The notes: generated from the sequence alone by a model not told the origin. A DNA stretch of 64,000 bases from an uncultured bacterium (GCA_963786935.1 CAWBAN010000003.1:352001-416000), one strand, 5' to 3'; counted from the first letter of the stretch, positions 49,425 through 61,100 are shown. Program-made: numbers and translations.

Positions 49425-51101
49425 TCAGGCGGCCCCGCCGGCCGCGCGCCGCGAGAGGATCCGCGCCGCCTCGACGAGCAGCCAGACGCTCAAGACCAGG
49501 AGCACGATCCCGCTGATGCCCGCGATGGCGGCGTCGGGAGCGGCGTCGGCGCCCGCGAGGATCGCGCGCACCCACGGCATAATCTGCAGCACGAGAGACC
49601 ACAGCGTCATGACGAGCATGACCGCCATGGGAACGAGCGAGAATATCGCGTTCCGTCCCGTTTTGATGAGCCAGACCGACACGGCGAGCAGCGTGAGGCT
49701 CGCGAGCAGCTGGTTGCTCGTTCCGAAGATCGGCCACGCGACGAGGTACGCCTTTTCGCGGGCGAGCATGAGGAATACGGCCGGGATCGCGAGCGTGATG
49801 AAGGTCGCCGCCGCCTTCCCCGGCCACGACTGCCATCCGAAGAGCTCCTGGAGGATGTATCGCGCGAGGCGCGTGCAGACGTCGAGCGTGTCGTACACGA
49901 ACGTGGAGAACGCGAGCAGCGCGAAGGCGAGCGCGAGGTTGAAATCGATACCGACCATGCCGAGATACCGCGCGAGCCCCGTGCCGTAGATGACGTTCGG
50001 GTCGGCTTTGAGCGCGGCGTCCCCCTTCGGTATGAGCATGACCGTCGCCAGCGCCAGCACGGCGACGAGCCCCTCGAGGATCATCGCGCCGTAGCCGACG
50101 ACGCGTGTGTCCGACTCGCGGCAGATCTGCTTCGACGTCGTGCCGGAGCTCACGATGCCGTGAAATCCGGAGCATGCGCCGCACGCGATCGTGATGAAGA
50201 GAATGGGGATGAGTGACCTGCCGTTCGCGAGGCTGTGGAGCCCCGCGACGTTGAACGCCGGATATTCTATGCGGAAGCCGCCGAAGAGCGCCCCGAGAAG
50301 CGCCACCGCCATCGTGATATAGAGGAACCAGCCGCCGAGGTAGCCGCGCGGCTGGAGGAGAAGCCACATCGGGAGGAGCGACGCGACGAAGCAGTACGCG
50401 AGAAGAACGAGCTCCCACTGCTTGACGTGCACGCCGAGGAGCGCCGTGACGACGGGCTGCGGCAGGCGCGTGCCGAGCCAGATCACGAGGACGACGAGGG
50501 GGATGAAGATCGCGGTGGCCCGCCCGAGCCGCATCTTCATCTTGAAGAGCGCCACGCCCATGAGGAGCCCGAGGAGGAGATAGAGGAACGAGCTCGCCGC
50601 CACGCCGGGGCCGAAGGCGTTCTCCGCGAGAACCGACGTGAATGTCTGAGCGGTGATGTCGGTGAACGCGATGATGACGTAGACGAGGGTGAGCCAGACG
50701 AACACGAGGAAGAGGATCTGCGAGGTGCGCGACATGTACCGCTTGACGATCTCTCCGATCGAGGCCGCCCGGTGCCGCACCGAGGCGATGAGGCTCAGAA
50801 AATCGTGCACGCCGCCGACGAAAATCGCGCCGAGCAGGATCCACAGGAGCGCCGGGAGCCAGCCGAACCATATTCCGGCGAGGATCGGCCCGACGATGGG
50901 GCCCGCCGCCGCGATCGCGGAGAAGTGCTGTCCGAGGAGGAGGGAGGCCTTGGCGGGAACGTAATCGACGCCGTCCGTCATCTCGCAGGCGGGCGTGGGC
51001 TTCGAGTCGTCGAGGGCGAGGCGGCGGGACACGAAGCGGCCGTAGATGAAATACCCCGCGGCGAGGACGACGATCGAGATGAGCACGACGATCGCGATCA
51101 T
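49425..51101 (-). CDS. cstA: Carbon starvation protein A family peptide/pyruvate transporter
   Basis: DGVDYVP, GQHFSAIAAAGPIVGP, LLQPRGY, IACGACSGFH and WPIFGTSNQLLA motifs. Confidence 0.93.
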   Translation of the reverse strand: MIAIVVLISIVVLAAGYFIYGRFVSRRLALDDSKPTPACEMTDGVDYVPAKASLLLGQHFSAIAAAGPIVGPILAGIWFGWLPALLWILLGAIFVGGVHDFLSLIASVRHRAASIGEIVKRYMSRTSQILFLVFVWLTLVYVIIAFTDITAQTFTSVLAENAFGPGVAASSFLYLLLGLLMGVALFKMKMRLGRATAIFIPLVVLVIWLGTRLPQPVVTALLGVHVKQWELVLLAYCFVASLLPMWLLLQPRGYLGGWFLYITMAVALLGALFGGFRIEYPAFNVAGLHSLANGRSLIPILFITIACGACSGFHGIVSSGTTSKQICRESDTRVVGYGAMILEGLVAVLALATVMLIPKGDAALKADPNVIYGTGLARYLGMVGIDFNLALAFALLAFSTFVYDTLDVCTRLARYILQELFGWQSWPGKAAATFITLAIPAVFLMLAREKAYLVAWPIFGTSNQLLASLTLLAVSVWLIKTGRNAIFSLVPMAVMLVMTLWSLVLQIMPWVRAILAGADAAPDAAIAGISGIVLLVLSVWLLVEAARILSRRAAGGAA

Positions 51102-51213
51102 GGACACGCATTATACACGAGTGCTATCCTCGCGGGGAAGATCAATTGCGGCGCGGTCCGCTCCCGGCGCGCCGCGGCTTCCTCCATGCGCTCGGTCGAG
51201 AGGTGATGATTCG

Positions 51214-53760
51214 ATGAAATCGAGATCGCTATCGGCGGCCGCCCGGCTGTCGCTGTTCGCGGCGCTGATGCTCGCGGCCGCGCTCGCCCGCGCGGCGCAG
51301 GATACGATTTCCGTGCGGGAGGCGCTCGCGCTTCCCGTTCCGAAAGGCTACGCCGAGGTGGTCGTCGCGCCGAACCCCGTCGAGGCCGCGCTCGCCCTCG
51401 GCTCGTGGGGGGCGCCGAAGCCGGGGGACGCCGTCGCGTGGCCGGGGCGGGGGGAGGTGTCGTGGCGTCCGATCGCGGCGGACTCGCAGGGGTGGTTCAC
51501 CGACAGCGTGCTCGCCGGGTGCTACGTGTACGTTCCGGTCGAACGGTCGCGCCGCGGCGTGATGATTCTCCGGGCGAAGGGGAACGAGCTCGCGTACGTG
51601 AACGGCGCCCCGCGTTCGGGGAATCCGTACTGTCTCAAGGACGGACGCGAGTCGTGGGAGCCGAACTTCGATTATTCGTCGCTCCCCGTGATGCTCGAGA
51701 AGGGGCGAAACGATCTGATCTTCCGCTGCGGCCGGGAGCGGCTCAAGGCGACGCTGTGCGCGCCGTCGAAGAGCGTATTCCTGAACGCGGACGACGTGAC
51801 CGTGCCCGATATCGTGCTCCTCCAGAAGACCGACGCGTGGGGCTCGATCGTCGTCGTGAACGCCGGGACGGAGCCGCTCGCCGGCCTCGTTCTCCGGACG
51901 TCGATCGGCGGCGCCGCGGTCGATACCCCCGTGCCGGTCATTCAGCCGCTTTCGGTGCGGAAGGCCGGTTTCCGCTTCGTCGACGCTCCGCGGGAGGAGC
52001 CGGGCGCCGCGAACGTGGAGATCGCGCTTCTCCGGAACGCCGGCGGCGCGGAGGCCTTTCTCGACGCCGCCTCGATTCCGCTCCGGGTCGTTCCGCGGAG
52101 CGAAAACCGCAAGGAGACGTTCGTCAGCGCGATCGACGGCAGCGTTCAGTATTACGGAATCAATCCCGCGTTCACCGGAGACCGGCAGGAGCCGCGCGCG
52201 CTCATCCTCTCGCTCCACGGGGCCTCCGTGGAAGCGGTGAATCAATCCGCCTCGTACGGTCCCCGGACGTGGGCGCACGTCGTCGCCCCGACGAACCGCC
52301 GCCCCTACGGCTTCAACTGGGAGGAATGGGGACGCCTCGACGCGCTCGAAGCGCTCGCCGTCGCGGCGAGCCGCTACCGGATCGACGACGATCGAATCTA
52401 CCTCACGGGCCATTCGATGGGCGGGCACGGCACATGGCACATCGGATCGCTCTATCCCGACCGCTTCGCCGCGATCGGCCCGAGCGCCGGATGGATCTCC
52501 TTCTGGACCTACCGCTTCCGGGGAATCGATCTCGGCGATACGACGGCCGTGCGGCGCATGATCCGCCGCGCGACGACGCCGAGCGAGACCTTCATGCACG
52601 CGCCGAATCTCGCGCAGCTCGGCGTGTACATCCTCCACGGGGCCGACGACGACAACGTGCCGGTCACCGAAGCGCGCTCGATGGTCGAGCGGCTGAGCTC
52701 GTTCCACCGGGACTTCGTCTATCACGAGCAGCCGGGCGTCGGCCACTGGTGGGATCTCTCCGACGCCCCGGGGGTCGATTGCGTCGACTGGGCGCCGATG
52801 TTCGATTTCTTCGCGCGTCACGCGCGGCCCGGGAAAGCCAAGATTCGCGAGATACGTTTCCTCACGTCGAATCCCGGCGTCTCCGCGCGGAACAACTGGC
52901 TCGTCATCGACGCGCAGGCGAGGCAGGGCGAAATGAGCGCCGTCGACATCCGTCTCGAGCCGGGGGACGCGCGCACCGGAGCGCCGGCCCGATTCTCCGG
53001 CACGACGGAGAACGTCGCGCGCATCGCGTTCGATCTCGACGTTCTCCGGAACCCCGCCCCGATCGCGGTCGAGCTGGACGGCCAGACGCTCGCCGGCATC
53101 CCATGGCCGGGCGGGCGGTATCAGCTGTGGCTCGAGCGAAGGAACGGCGTCTGGGCCGCCGCGGGCGAACCGAGCCCCGATCTCAAGGGCTCCCGCCGCT
53201 CCGGCGGCTTCAAGGAGGCCTTCCGCAACCGCCTCATGCTCGTCTTCGGGACGAAGGGAAACGCGCGCGAGAACGCGTGGGCCTTCGACAAGGCCCGCTA
53301 CGACGCCGAGAAGCTGTGGTATCAGGGGAACGGCTCCGTCGACGTCGTCGCCGACGTCGATTTCGATCCGTCCGCCGAGCCCGATCGGAACGTCATCCTC
53401 TACGGGAACGGGAATACGAACGCCGCGTGGAAGGCGCTTCTCGGGGGGAGCCCCGTGCTCGTCGGCACGGGCCGGGTGAAGGTCGGCGCCCGCGCGATTT
53501 CGGGAAAGAACCTCTGCTGCGTCTTCATCCGCCCTCGTCCGGGGAGCCCGACCGCGAGCGTCGGCGCCGTCTCGGGCACGAGCCTCGCCGGCATGAAGCT
53601 CGCGAACCGGATTCCGTATCTCAGCCCCGGCATCAATCTCCCCGACTGCACCGTTTTCGATCCCCGCGTCCTCACGGAGGGGGACGCCGGCGTTCTCCTG
53701 ACGGGCTTCTTCGGCCTTGACTGGGGCGCCGAATCAGGCGAATTTGTAATTGGGAAATGA
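51214..53760 (+). CDS. Secreted alpha/beta hydrolase (S9 peptidase/esterase-like)
   Basis: Signal peptide; LHGA, GHSMGG nucleophile, HGADDDNVP (Asp) and GHWW (His). Confidence 0.82.
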   Translation: MKSRSLSAAARLSLFAALMLAAALARAAQDTISVREALALPVPKGYAEVVVAPNPVEAALALGSWGAPKPGDAVAWPGRGEVSWRPIAADSQGWFTDSVLAGCYVYVPVERSRRGVMILRAKGNELAYVNGAPRSGNPYCLKDGRESWEPNFDYSSLPVMLEKGRNDLIFRCGRERLKATLCAPSKSVFLNADDVTVPDIVLLQKTDAWGSIVVVNAGTEPLAGLVLRTSIGGAAVDTPVPVIQPLSVRKAGFRFVDAPREEPGAANVEIALLRNAGGAEAFLDAASIPLRVVPRSENRKETFVSAIDGSVQYYGINPAFTGDRQEPRALILSLHGASVEAVNQSASYGPRTWAHVVAPTNRRPYGFNWEEWGRLDALEALAVAASRYRIDDDRIYLTGHSMGGHGTWHIGSLYPDRFAAIGPSAGWISFWTYRFRGIDLGDTTAVRRMIRRATTPSETFMHAPNLAQLGVYILHGADDDNVPVTEARSMVERLSSFHRDFVYHEQPGVGHWWDLSDAPGVDCVDWAPMFDFFARHARPGKAKIREIRFLTSNPGVSARNNWLVIDAQARQGEMSAVDIRLEPGDARTGAPARFSGTTENVARIAFDLDVLRNPAPIAVELDGQTLAGIPWPGGRYQLWLERRNGVWAAAGEPSPDLKGSRRSGGFKEAFRNRLMLVFGTKGNARENAWAFDKARYDAEKLWYQGNGSVDVVADVDFDPSAEPDRNVILYGNGNTNAAWKALLGGSPVLVGTGRVKVGARAISGKNLCCVFIRPRPGSPTASVGAVSGTSLAGMKLANRIPYLSPGINLPDCTVFDPRVLTEGDAGVLLTGFFGLDWGAESGEFVIGK

Positions 53761-53791
53761 GAGGAACGGCCATGAACCCGGCCGGTGATTC

Positions 53792-54973
53792 ATGAAGATA
53801 TTCCGGTTGAATGCACCGATCCTCGCTGCGTTTCTCGCGATTTTCGCAATCATGTTCCTTTCGCTTCCCGCGAAGTGCCGCACGTGGCGCGTCGCGGTCG
53901 ACCGGACCGGGGACGCCCCGACGATCCAGGCGGCGATCGATTCGGCCGCGGAGGGGGACGAGGTCCTCGTCGGCCCCGGCACGTACACCTGGACCAACCA
54001 GGGCACCGGCGAGACGGCGGGATTCATCAGGTTCCTCACCGGCCAGGAGGGGATCACGCTCCGGAGCGAGCTCGGCCCGGAGAACACGATCCTCGACGCC
54101 GAGTACAACAGCCGGGTCATCTACGTTCACGCCCATAACCGTATCACCGTCGACGGATTCACGATCAAGCACGGCGTCGCGCCCGCCTTCGGGGACTACG
54201 TGGGCGGCGGCCTCTTCACGCACATCGCCCGCGAGGTCGTCCGCAACTGCATCTTCATCGAAAACCGGGCGAAGTCCGGCGGCGGCATCTCCTGCTGCGT
54301 CAACGACGGATTCCTCCGTGTGGAGAGCTGCACCTTCATCGACAACGAAGCGGTGAGCGGCGGGGGAGCGCTGCTCCTCTTCAACGGCACCGGAACGTGC
54401 TCCGTGAGCGATTGCGTCATCACGAACAACCGCGCGGGGACCAGGGGCGGCGGGATCTATCAGGGCGATTGCAACGCCGTTATTGAACGCTGCGTCATAT
54501 CGGGAAACGAAGCGGGAGCCGAGGGCAGCGGCTACTGCCAATCCTCGGGGAAAACGGCCGTGATATCAGCCTGCACGTTCAGCCGCAACGGCGCGGCCAA
54601 CGCCGTCATACACGCCAAGGGAGGTTCCGTTCTCTCGCTCGAGCGCCTCATCGTGGCCTTCAATATCGCGCCCGCCCTCGGGATCGACGCGACGTCGAGC
54701 GGCTCCTTCGGCTGCGGCGACGTATTCGGCAATATCGGCGGGGACGGTATTCCGGCCGGTTTCGTCCGGAAGGGCACCAACATCTCCGCGGATCCGCTCT
54801 TCTGCGACGCGCTCGGCTCGGAGAACTACTACCTGCGGAGCGACTCTCCGTGCGTTCCCGAGAATCAGGACTTCGACGAGATCTGCCTGCCGATGGGCGC
54901 CCGTCCCGTCGCGTGCGGCGGCGTCGCCGTCGAGCGGTCCACGTGGGGAAGCATCAAGAGCATTTTCCGCTGA
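53792..54973 (+). CDS. Secreted right-handed parallel beta-helix protein with a C-terminal TWGxIK tail
   Basis: TIQAAID...VGPGTY; repeated C.F..N.A..GGG units; DPLFC...L...SPC; ends ERSTWGSIKSIFR. Confidence 0.82.
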   Translation: MKIFRLNAPILAAFLAIFAIMFLSLPAKCRTWRVAVDRTGDAPTIQAAIDSAAEGDEVLVGPGTYTWTNQGTGETAGFIRFLTGQEGITLRSELGPENTILDAEYNSRVIYVHAHNRITVDGFTIKHGVAPAFGDYVGGGLFTHIAREVVRNCIFIENRAKSGGGISCCVNDGFLRVESCTFIDNEAVSGGGALLLFNGTGTCSVSDCVITNNRAGTRGGGIYQGDCNAVIERCVISGNEAGAEGSGYCQSSGKTAVISACTFSRNGAANAVIHAKGGSVLSLERLIVAFNIAPALGIDATSSGSFGCGDVFGNIGGDGIPAGFVRKGTNISADPLFCDALGSENYYLRSDSPCVPENQDFDEICLPMGARPVACGGVAVERSTWGSIKSIFR

Positions 54974-55006
54974 CATTCATCCGGGGAACGGCGCTTCGAC
55001 CGTCTC

Positions 55007-58000
55007 TCAACGCGCGCCGGGCACGCGGGCGGGAGCGCCGGCGGCGCCGGGAACGTCCGGGGGAGCGGTCGCCGCGCCCGGAACGGTGCCGCGCGCTTCC
55101 GCGCGGACGCGCTGGGCCCACGCCCGCGCGTCGTCGAGCAGGATGTAGATCGTCGGAAGCAGGAGCAGCGTGACGAGCGTCGAGAAGGTGAGTCCGCCCA
55201 CGATCGCCCGCGCCATGGGGAAGTAGGGAGGGCCGCCGCTGCCGCCGATCGACGTCTTGAGAATGGACAGCGGAACGAGGTTCAGCACCGTCGTCGCGGC
55301 GGTCATCAGGATCGGACGCATCCGGTCCCTTCCGGCCTGGAGAATCGCCGCGTCGCGCGCGAGCCCCGCGGCCCTGAGCTGGTTGATGTGGTCGACGAGC
55401 ACGATGCCGTTGTTGACCACGACCCCGATGAGTATGAGGATCCCGATCATTCCCATGAGCGACATGGTCGTCCTCGTGATGAGGAAGAACCAGAAGACGC
55501 CGACCACGGAGAAGATGATCTGCGTCCAGATGGCCGCGGGGAAGAGGAGCGATTCGAAGAGGGCGGCCATGACGAAATAGATGAGCGCGAGCGCGAGGAG
55601 CATGTTGACGAGCATCGTGTTCATCATCCGCTTGTCTTCGGTGAAGCTCTCGCCGAAGTTCCACGAATAGCCGGGTGGGAGGGCGTAGTTGGCGAGCGCG
55701 TTCGAGATCTTGTTCCGCGCCTCTCCCATCGTGATCTTGTCGAGATTGGCCGACACGCCGATGGCGGCCGTCCGGTTCTCCCGATGAATGTTCCGCGGCC
55801 CCGGCCGGACGTAGAAGTCGGCGACGGAGGCGAGCTTGACGGTGTTGTTGCCGCCCCGCCCCATGAGCGGCACGTTCTCGAGCTGATCGATCGTCTGGCG
55901 GTCCCGGTCCTGGAACTCGAGACGCATCTCGACCTCGCCCTCGTCGGTCCGGAACCGGCGCAGGTTGATGCCGCGCATGGCGGCCGAAACGACCTGCGCG
56001 ATCTCCTCCGTCGAGAAGCCCTGCTGGCGCGCGCGATCCCGGTCGACGACGACCTGCACTTCCTTCCGCCCGACCTCCGCCTCGGACCGGACGTCCTTGA
56101 AGCCGGGGACCCGCGACATCGTCCAGGCGACGTCCTTCGCGATCTCGATGAGGTCGGCGCTCGATTTTCCGATGAGCTGGATGCGCACGGGCGTCCCCTG
56201 ACCCCCCTGGTTCCTGAAATCGAACGAGGGATTCGCGATGGCGAGCGTCGGGAGATCCTTGCGGATCGCCTCCTCGACTTCCTTCATCGATTTCTTCGCC
56301 GCGCGCCCTTTGACGAGATTGATCGTCGACATCGCGTAGTCGCCCTGGTAGTACGTATACACCGACTCGATCTCGAAGTCGGCCTTGTGGTCGAAGAAAT
56401 ACTTCTCGTAGACGTCGACCGTCTCCTCGATCTTCTCGAGCGTGTACGCGCCGTTGATGTTGTAGAAGAACCGGAGCCGCCGGTCCTCCTGCTCGCCGAA
56501 CATGTCCATCTTGACGAACTTCACGGGCACGGCCACCGAGAGCAGGACGCCGAGGATAATGAGAACGCTCGCGCGCCGATGAGCGAGCGTCCAGGCGAGG
56601 GCCCGTCCGTAGCGGATCTGGAGCCGGTCGATCGAGGTCTCCTTCTTCTTCGCCGGGGGCTTGATGCGCGCCGCGAGCATCGGCACGACCGTCAGCGAGA
56701 CGAGGAGCGAGATGCCGAGCGCGATGCAGATCGTGATCGCGATATGCTTCAGGTAAATGGCGATCTCGTCCTTCGGGCTCACGATATTCGGCAGAAACAC
56801 GATGCAGGTGGTGATCGTGCCGGCGGTGACGGCGAGCGCGACCTCGCGCACGCCGATCTGGATCACGTCCTTCCGGGACGGATCGAGCAGCTGGTGGCGC
56901 TGGATGCTCTCCGTGACGACGACCGCGTTGTCGACGAGCATGCCGATGGCGAGCATGAGCCCGAGCATGGAGAGGATATTGAGCGAGACGCCGAGGAAGT
57001 ACATGAAGATGAGGGTGACGAGCACCGAGAGCGGCGCCGCCAGCGCGATCATGAAGGTCGTCGCCCAGCGCCGCATGAAGAAAAAGAGGACGACGACGGC
57101 GAGAACGCCCCCGATCAGTCCCGAATTGAGGATCTCCCGGAGCGAGCTCGTCACCCCGTCGGCCTGGTTGTCCATGTACATGATGCTGATGCCGGTCATC
57201 TCGGGGAGCTTTTTGATCTCCTCGACCTCGGCGAGAATGCTCTTCGTCACGCCGACGAGATTCGCGCCCGCTTCCTTGTAGACGTCGATGCCGATCGCGT
57301 AGCGGCGGTTGAGGTGCCGGCCGTACTCGAGCTTGGGATGCTCGTAGAAGATCGTCGCCACGTCCTTGAGCCGAAGCCCGTTCGGACCGACCGCGACCTC
57401 GCCGATGTCCTCGACGCTCGCGAATTCCTCGATGGGGCGCACGACGAAGCGCTGCCCCTCGTCGGTGATCTTGCCCGCCGTGACGAGGAAGTTGCTCCGG
57501 CGCAGCGTTTCGACGAGGCGCGCGATGTCGACGCGATGCGCGATGATCCGGTCGGCGAGGAGCTGGATGCGGATCTCCTTCCGCGAGATGCCGTAGAGAT
57601 CGACCCGCGAAACGCCGTCGATACGCTCGATGCGCCGCTTCACGTTGCGGTTCAGCATGTCGTAGGCGTTCGAGAGGTCCCGGTCGCTCGAGATGCGCAG
57701 GATCAGTATCTGCATGTCGGAGGTGGAGAATTTTCTGACGTAGAATCTCTGGAAGTCGTCGGGGAAGAGATGGCGGATGCCGTCGAGCTTCTCCTTCGCC
57801 TCGAGCGCCTTGACGTTCGCGTCGAGGCCCCAGTCGAACTCGAGGTTGATGCTCGCGCCGTTCTCCCCCGAGTCGGATACCATGCGCTTGATGCCGCTGA
57901 TCGTGGCGAGCGCCTCCTCGGCGGGCTTGGTGATCTGGCGCTCGATCTCCTCGGGGGTCGAATTGGGGTAGGGGAGCTCGATGCCGAGGAAGGGAGCGTC

Positions 58001-58120
58001 GAGGGAGGGGAAGAATTCGAGCGGGAGGAGCCGCGAAGCGACGACGCCGAGCACGACGCAGCAGGCGAGGATCATGAGCATCGTCACGGGGCGCCTGATC
58101 GCGGTTTCGGTGATATTCAT
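55007..58120 (-). CDS. RND efflux permease (AcrB/MdtBC-like), second subunit
   Basis: AIRRPV, GMLVDNAVVV and RMRPILMT motifs; 1037 aa. Confidence 0.93.
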   Translation of the reverse strand: MNITETAIRRPVTMLMILACCVVLGVVASRLLPLEFFPSLDAPFLGIELPYPNSTPEEIERQITKPAEEALATISGIKRMVSDSGENGASINLEFDWGLDANVKALEAKEKLDGIRHLFPDDFQRFYVRKFSTSDMQILILRISSDRDLSNAYDMLNRNVKRRIERIDGVSRVDLYGISRKEIRIQLLADRIIAHRVDIARLVETLRRSNFLVTAGKITDEGQRFVVRPIEEFASVEDIGEVAVGPNGLRLKDVATIFYEHPKLEYGRHLNRRYAIGIDVYKEAGANLVGVTKSILAEVEEIKKLPEMTGISIMYMDNQADGVTSSLREILNSGLIGGVLAVVVLFFFMRRWATTFMIALAAPLSVLVTLIFMYFLGVSLNILSMLGLMLAIGMLVDNAVVVTESIQRHQLLDPSRKDVIQIGVREVALAVTAGTITTCIVFLPNIVSPKDEIAIYLKHIAITICIALGISLLVSLTVVPMLAARIKPPAKKKETSIDRLQIRYGRALAWTLAHRRASVLIILGVLLSVAVPVKFVKMDMFGEQEDRRLRFFYNINGAYTLEKIEETVDVYEKYFFDHKADFEIESVYTYYQGDYAMSTINLVKGRAAKKSMKEVEEAIRKDLPTLAIANPSFDFRNQGGQGTPVRIQLIGKSSADLIEIAKDVAWTMSRVPGFKDVRSEAEVGRKEVQVVVDRDRARQQGFSTEEIAQVVSAAMRGINLRRFRTDEGEVEMRLEFQDRDRQTIDQLENVPLMGRGGNNTVKLASVADFYVRPGPRNIHRENRTAAIGVSANLDKITMGEARNKISNALANYALPPGYSWNFGESFTEDKRMMNTMLVNMLLALALIYFVMAALFESLLFPAAIWTQIIFSVVGVFWFFLITRTTMSLMGMIGILILIGVVVNNGIVLVDHINQLRAAGLARDAAILQAGRDRMRPILMTAATTVLNLVPLSILKTSIGGSGGPPYFPMARAIVGGLTFSTLVTLLLLPTIYILLDDARAWAQRVRAEARGTVPGAATAPPDVPGAAGAPARVPGAR

Positions 58121-58163
58121 GCGGGTGTCTCCCGCCCGCGCCGTTCCGCGGCGGCGCCGGGCG

Positions 58164-61100
58164 CTATTCCTTCCTGTCGAGCACCGAATAGACGACCGGG
58201 ATGACGATGAGCGTGAGGAGCGTCGAAACGCTCAGCCCCCCGATCACGGTGATCGCCATCGGGGCCCGGATCTCGGCTCCCTCGCCGATGCCGAGGGCCA
58301 GCGGGATGAGTCCGAGCACCGTCGTGAGCGTCGTCATGAGAATCGGCCTGAGACGCGAGCGTCCCCCCGCGATGAGCGCCTCCCGCTTCTTCATCCCGCG
58401 CTCGCGGAGCTGGTTCACGAAATCGATGAGCACGATCGCGTTGTTGACGACGATCCCCGCGAGCAGGATGAGACCGATGAAAACGACGACGCTGATCGTC
58501 GAGCCGGTGACGAGGAGCGCGAACACCGCTCCGATGAGCGCGAGCGGTATCGTGAAGAGAATCACGAACGGGTGCAGGAACGATTCGAACTGCGACGCCA
58601 TGACGAGGTAGACGAGAAATATGGCGAGAACGAGCGCGAGCATGAGCGATCGGAAGGACGCCGACATCTCGCGGTTCTGACCCGCGAGGCGTGCGGTCAC
58701 GCCGGACGGCATCGCGATCCCGGCGATGATCGCGTCGATCTCGCCGGCCGCTCCGCCGAGGTCGCCGTAGCCGAGGTTGGCCGAAACGAGCGCCACGCGT
58801 TCCTGGTCGGTTCTCCTGATCTCTCCGGGGCCCGTGTCGATGACGATGTCGGCGACGGCGTCGAGGGTCACCGGGAACGGGCTCTCCGGGTTGATGATGA
58901 GCTTGCGGATCTTTTCCACCGAGTTGCGGTCGTTCTCGGTCGCGCGGACGAGGACGTCGATCTTCCGGTCGTGCAGGGAGTAGCGCGTCGCGACGGCGCC
59001 TCGCACCTGGTCGACGACGCGCTGCGCGATCTGGTAGACGGGGAATCCGAGCGCCGCCGCGCGCTCGCGGTCGAAGCGTATCTGGATCTCCGGATGCCCG
59101 CTGCGCATGGTCGATTTCACGTCGGCGAAGCGCTTTGACGCCTCGAGCCTGCCGGCGATCTCGTTCGAGACGCGCCGGAGCTCGCCGAGATCGAATCCGT
59201 ACACCTCGATCTCGATCGGCGTCTTGAAGGTGAAGAGCGTCGGCCGCGCGAACTTGTATTGCACGTCGGGAAGATCCTGCATGTGAGCGCGGAGCGCGTT
59301 CATCGTCCGCTCCTCGTCCTCGCGGCCCGAGCCGCGGTCGAGCATGATGCTCAGCTCACCCCAGTTTTCCCCTCCCTGCTCCGGGTTCGCATCCATGCGG
59401 TTGCCCGTCCCGGCGACCGAATACAGCGTCGCAATCCCCGGCGCGTCGCTCGAAGCGTTCGTCACCTTCACGATGTTCGCGTCGGTCACCTCGAGCGGCG
59501 TTCCCGGCGGCAGGCGGAACTCGACCTTGAATTCTCCCTGCGAAAGCTGCGGAATGAGCTCGATGCCGAGCCTCGGAATGAGCGCGATCGTGGCGGCGAA
59601 GAGCGCGAGCGCGATCCCGATGACCCGCGCCTTATGATCGAGGGCCCAGCCGATGAGGAGCTCGTACCGGTCCTCGACGCGATCGTACGCCCGCTGGAAG
59701 CTCCGGAGGGCCGGATTGAGCGCCCTGCGGATCCCGTGCCCGGCGCCTCCGCCGATCCTGCTCCAGAGCCTCGTCCAGAACACGGGGATCGTGGTGAACA
59801 TGGCGTTCCGCATGCGCCGGGCGAATCTTCCGCCGCGCCCCGCGGGCTCCGGCGGAGCCGATCGCGGCGCGACCGTCGCGCCGGAGGACGCCTGGAGGGA
59901 AGCGAGCATCGGAATGAGGGTGAGGGCCACGGCGAGAGAGGCGAGGAGCGAGAAGGTCACCGTGAGCGCCTGATCCCTGAAGAGCTGTCCGGAGATTCCC
60001 TTGACGAACACGAGCGGCAGGAAGACGGCGACGGTCGTGAGCGTGGAGGCGATCACGGCGCGGGAGACCTCGCTCGCCCCGTCCCGCACCGCGCTCGCCG
60101 CGTCCTTTCCCTGCTCGCGATGCCGCGAGATATTTTCGAGCACGACGATCGAGTTGTCGACGAGCATGCCGATCCCGAGCGCGATGCCGCCGAGCGACAT
60201 GATGTTGAGCGTGAGGCTCGCGCCGAACATCATATTGAACGTCGCGATGACGGAAACGGGGATCGAGAACGAGATGATGACCGTCGCCCAGAAATTCTGC
60301 AGGAAGAAATAGAGGATGATGATGGCGAGGACGCCGCCGATCACGGCGTTCGCGATGACCTCGTTCACCGCCTGCGTGATGAACGTCGATTGGTCCGATA
60401 CCTTCACGAGGTCGGTGTTCGCGGGCAGCATCTCCCGCACGCGCTTGAGCTTCTTCTCGATCTCGCGGGCGACCGAAACGGTGTTGGCGTCCCCTTCCTT
60501 GTAGACGGCGATTTCGACCGCCTCGCGGCCGTTGAGGCGGGTGATCGCGTCGCGCTCCTTGAACCCGTGCCGCACCCGCGCGATGTCGCGCAGGTAGACG
60601 GGCTTCCCGTCCTTCGTCGCGACGATGATGTCGTCGATCTCCTCGATCGACTGGAACTGATTCAGCGTGCGGACGAGGTACTGCTGCGTTCCTTCCTCGA
60701 GCCGGCCGCCCGACAGGTTCACGTTTTCGGCGCCGATCTGCCGCGAGAGCTGCTCGATCGGCACGTTGATCTGGGCGAGACGTCCCTGATCGATGAGGAC
60801 CTGAACCTCGTCTTCGAGCCCTCCGCTCACCTTGATCGCCGCCACGCCGAGCGCCGCCTCGAGCTCCTTCTTGATCTCCTCCTCGGCGAATCGCCGGAGG
60901 GATTTGAGCTCGTCCTCGTTGAAGACGATCGAGTCGCCCGGGGCGGCGGCACGCGCGAGCCCGCCCTCCGCGGCGCCGGTATCGGCGGCCGCGGCAGCCG
61001 TTTTGCGGTAGAACCCGAATCGCATGATCGGATCGAGGGACGGATCGAAGCGCAGGATCGTGGGCCGCTGGATCTCGAGCGGAAGCTCGAGGGCGTCGAG

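Noticed and set aside
49405..49442. 19-bp tandem duplication (one mismatch) spanning the cstA stop codon
   Set aside because: Only two copies with no spacers; a local slippage duplication, not CRISPR or an insertion site.
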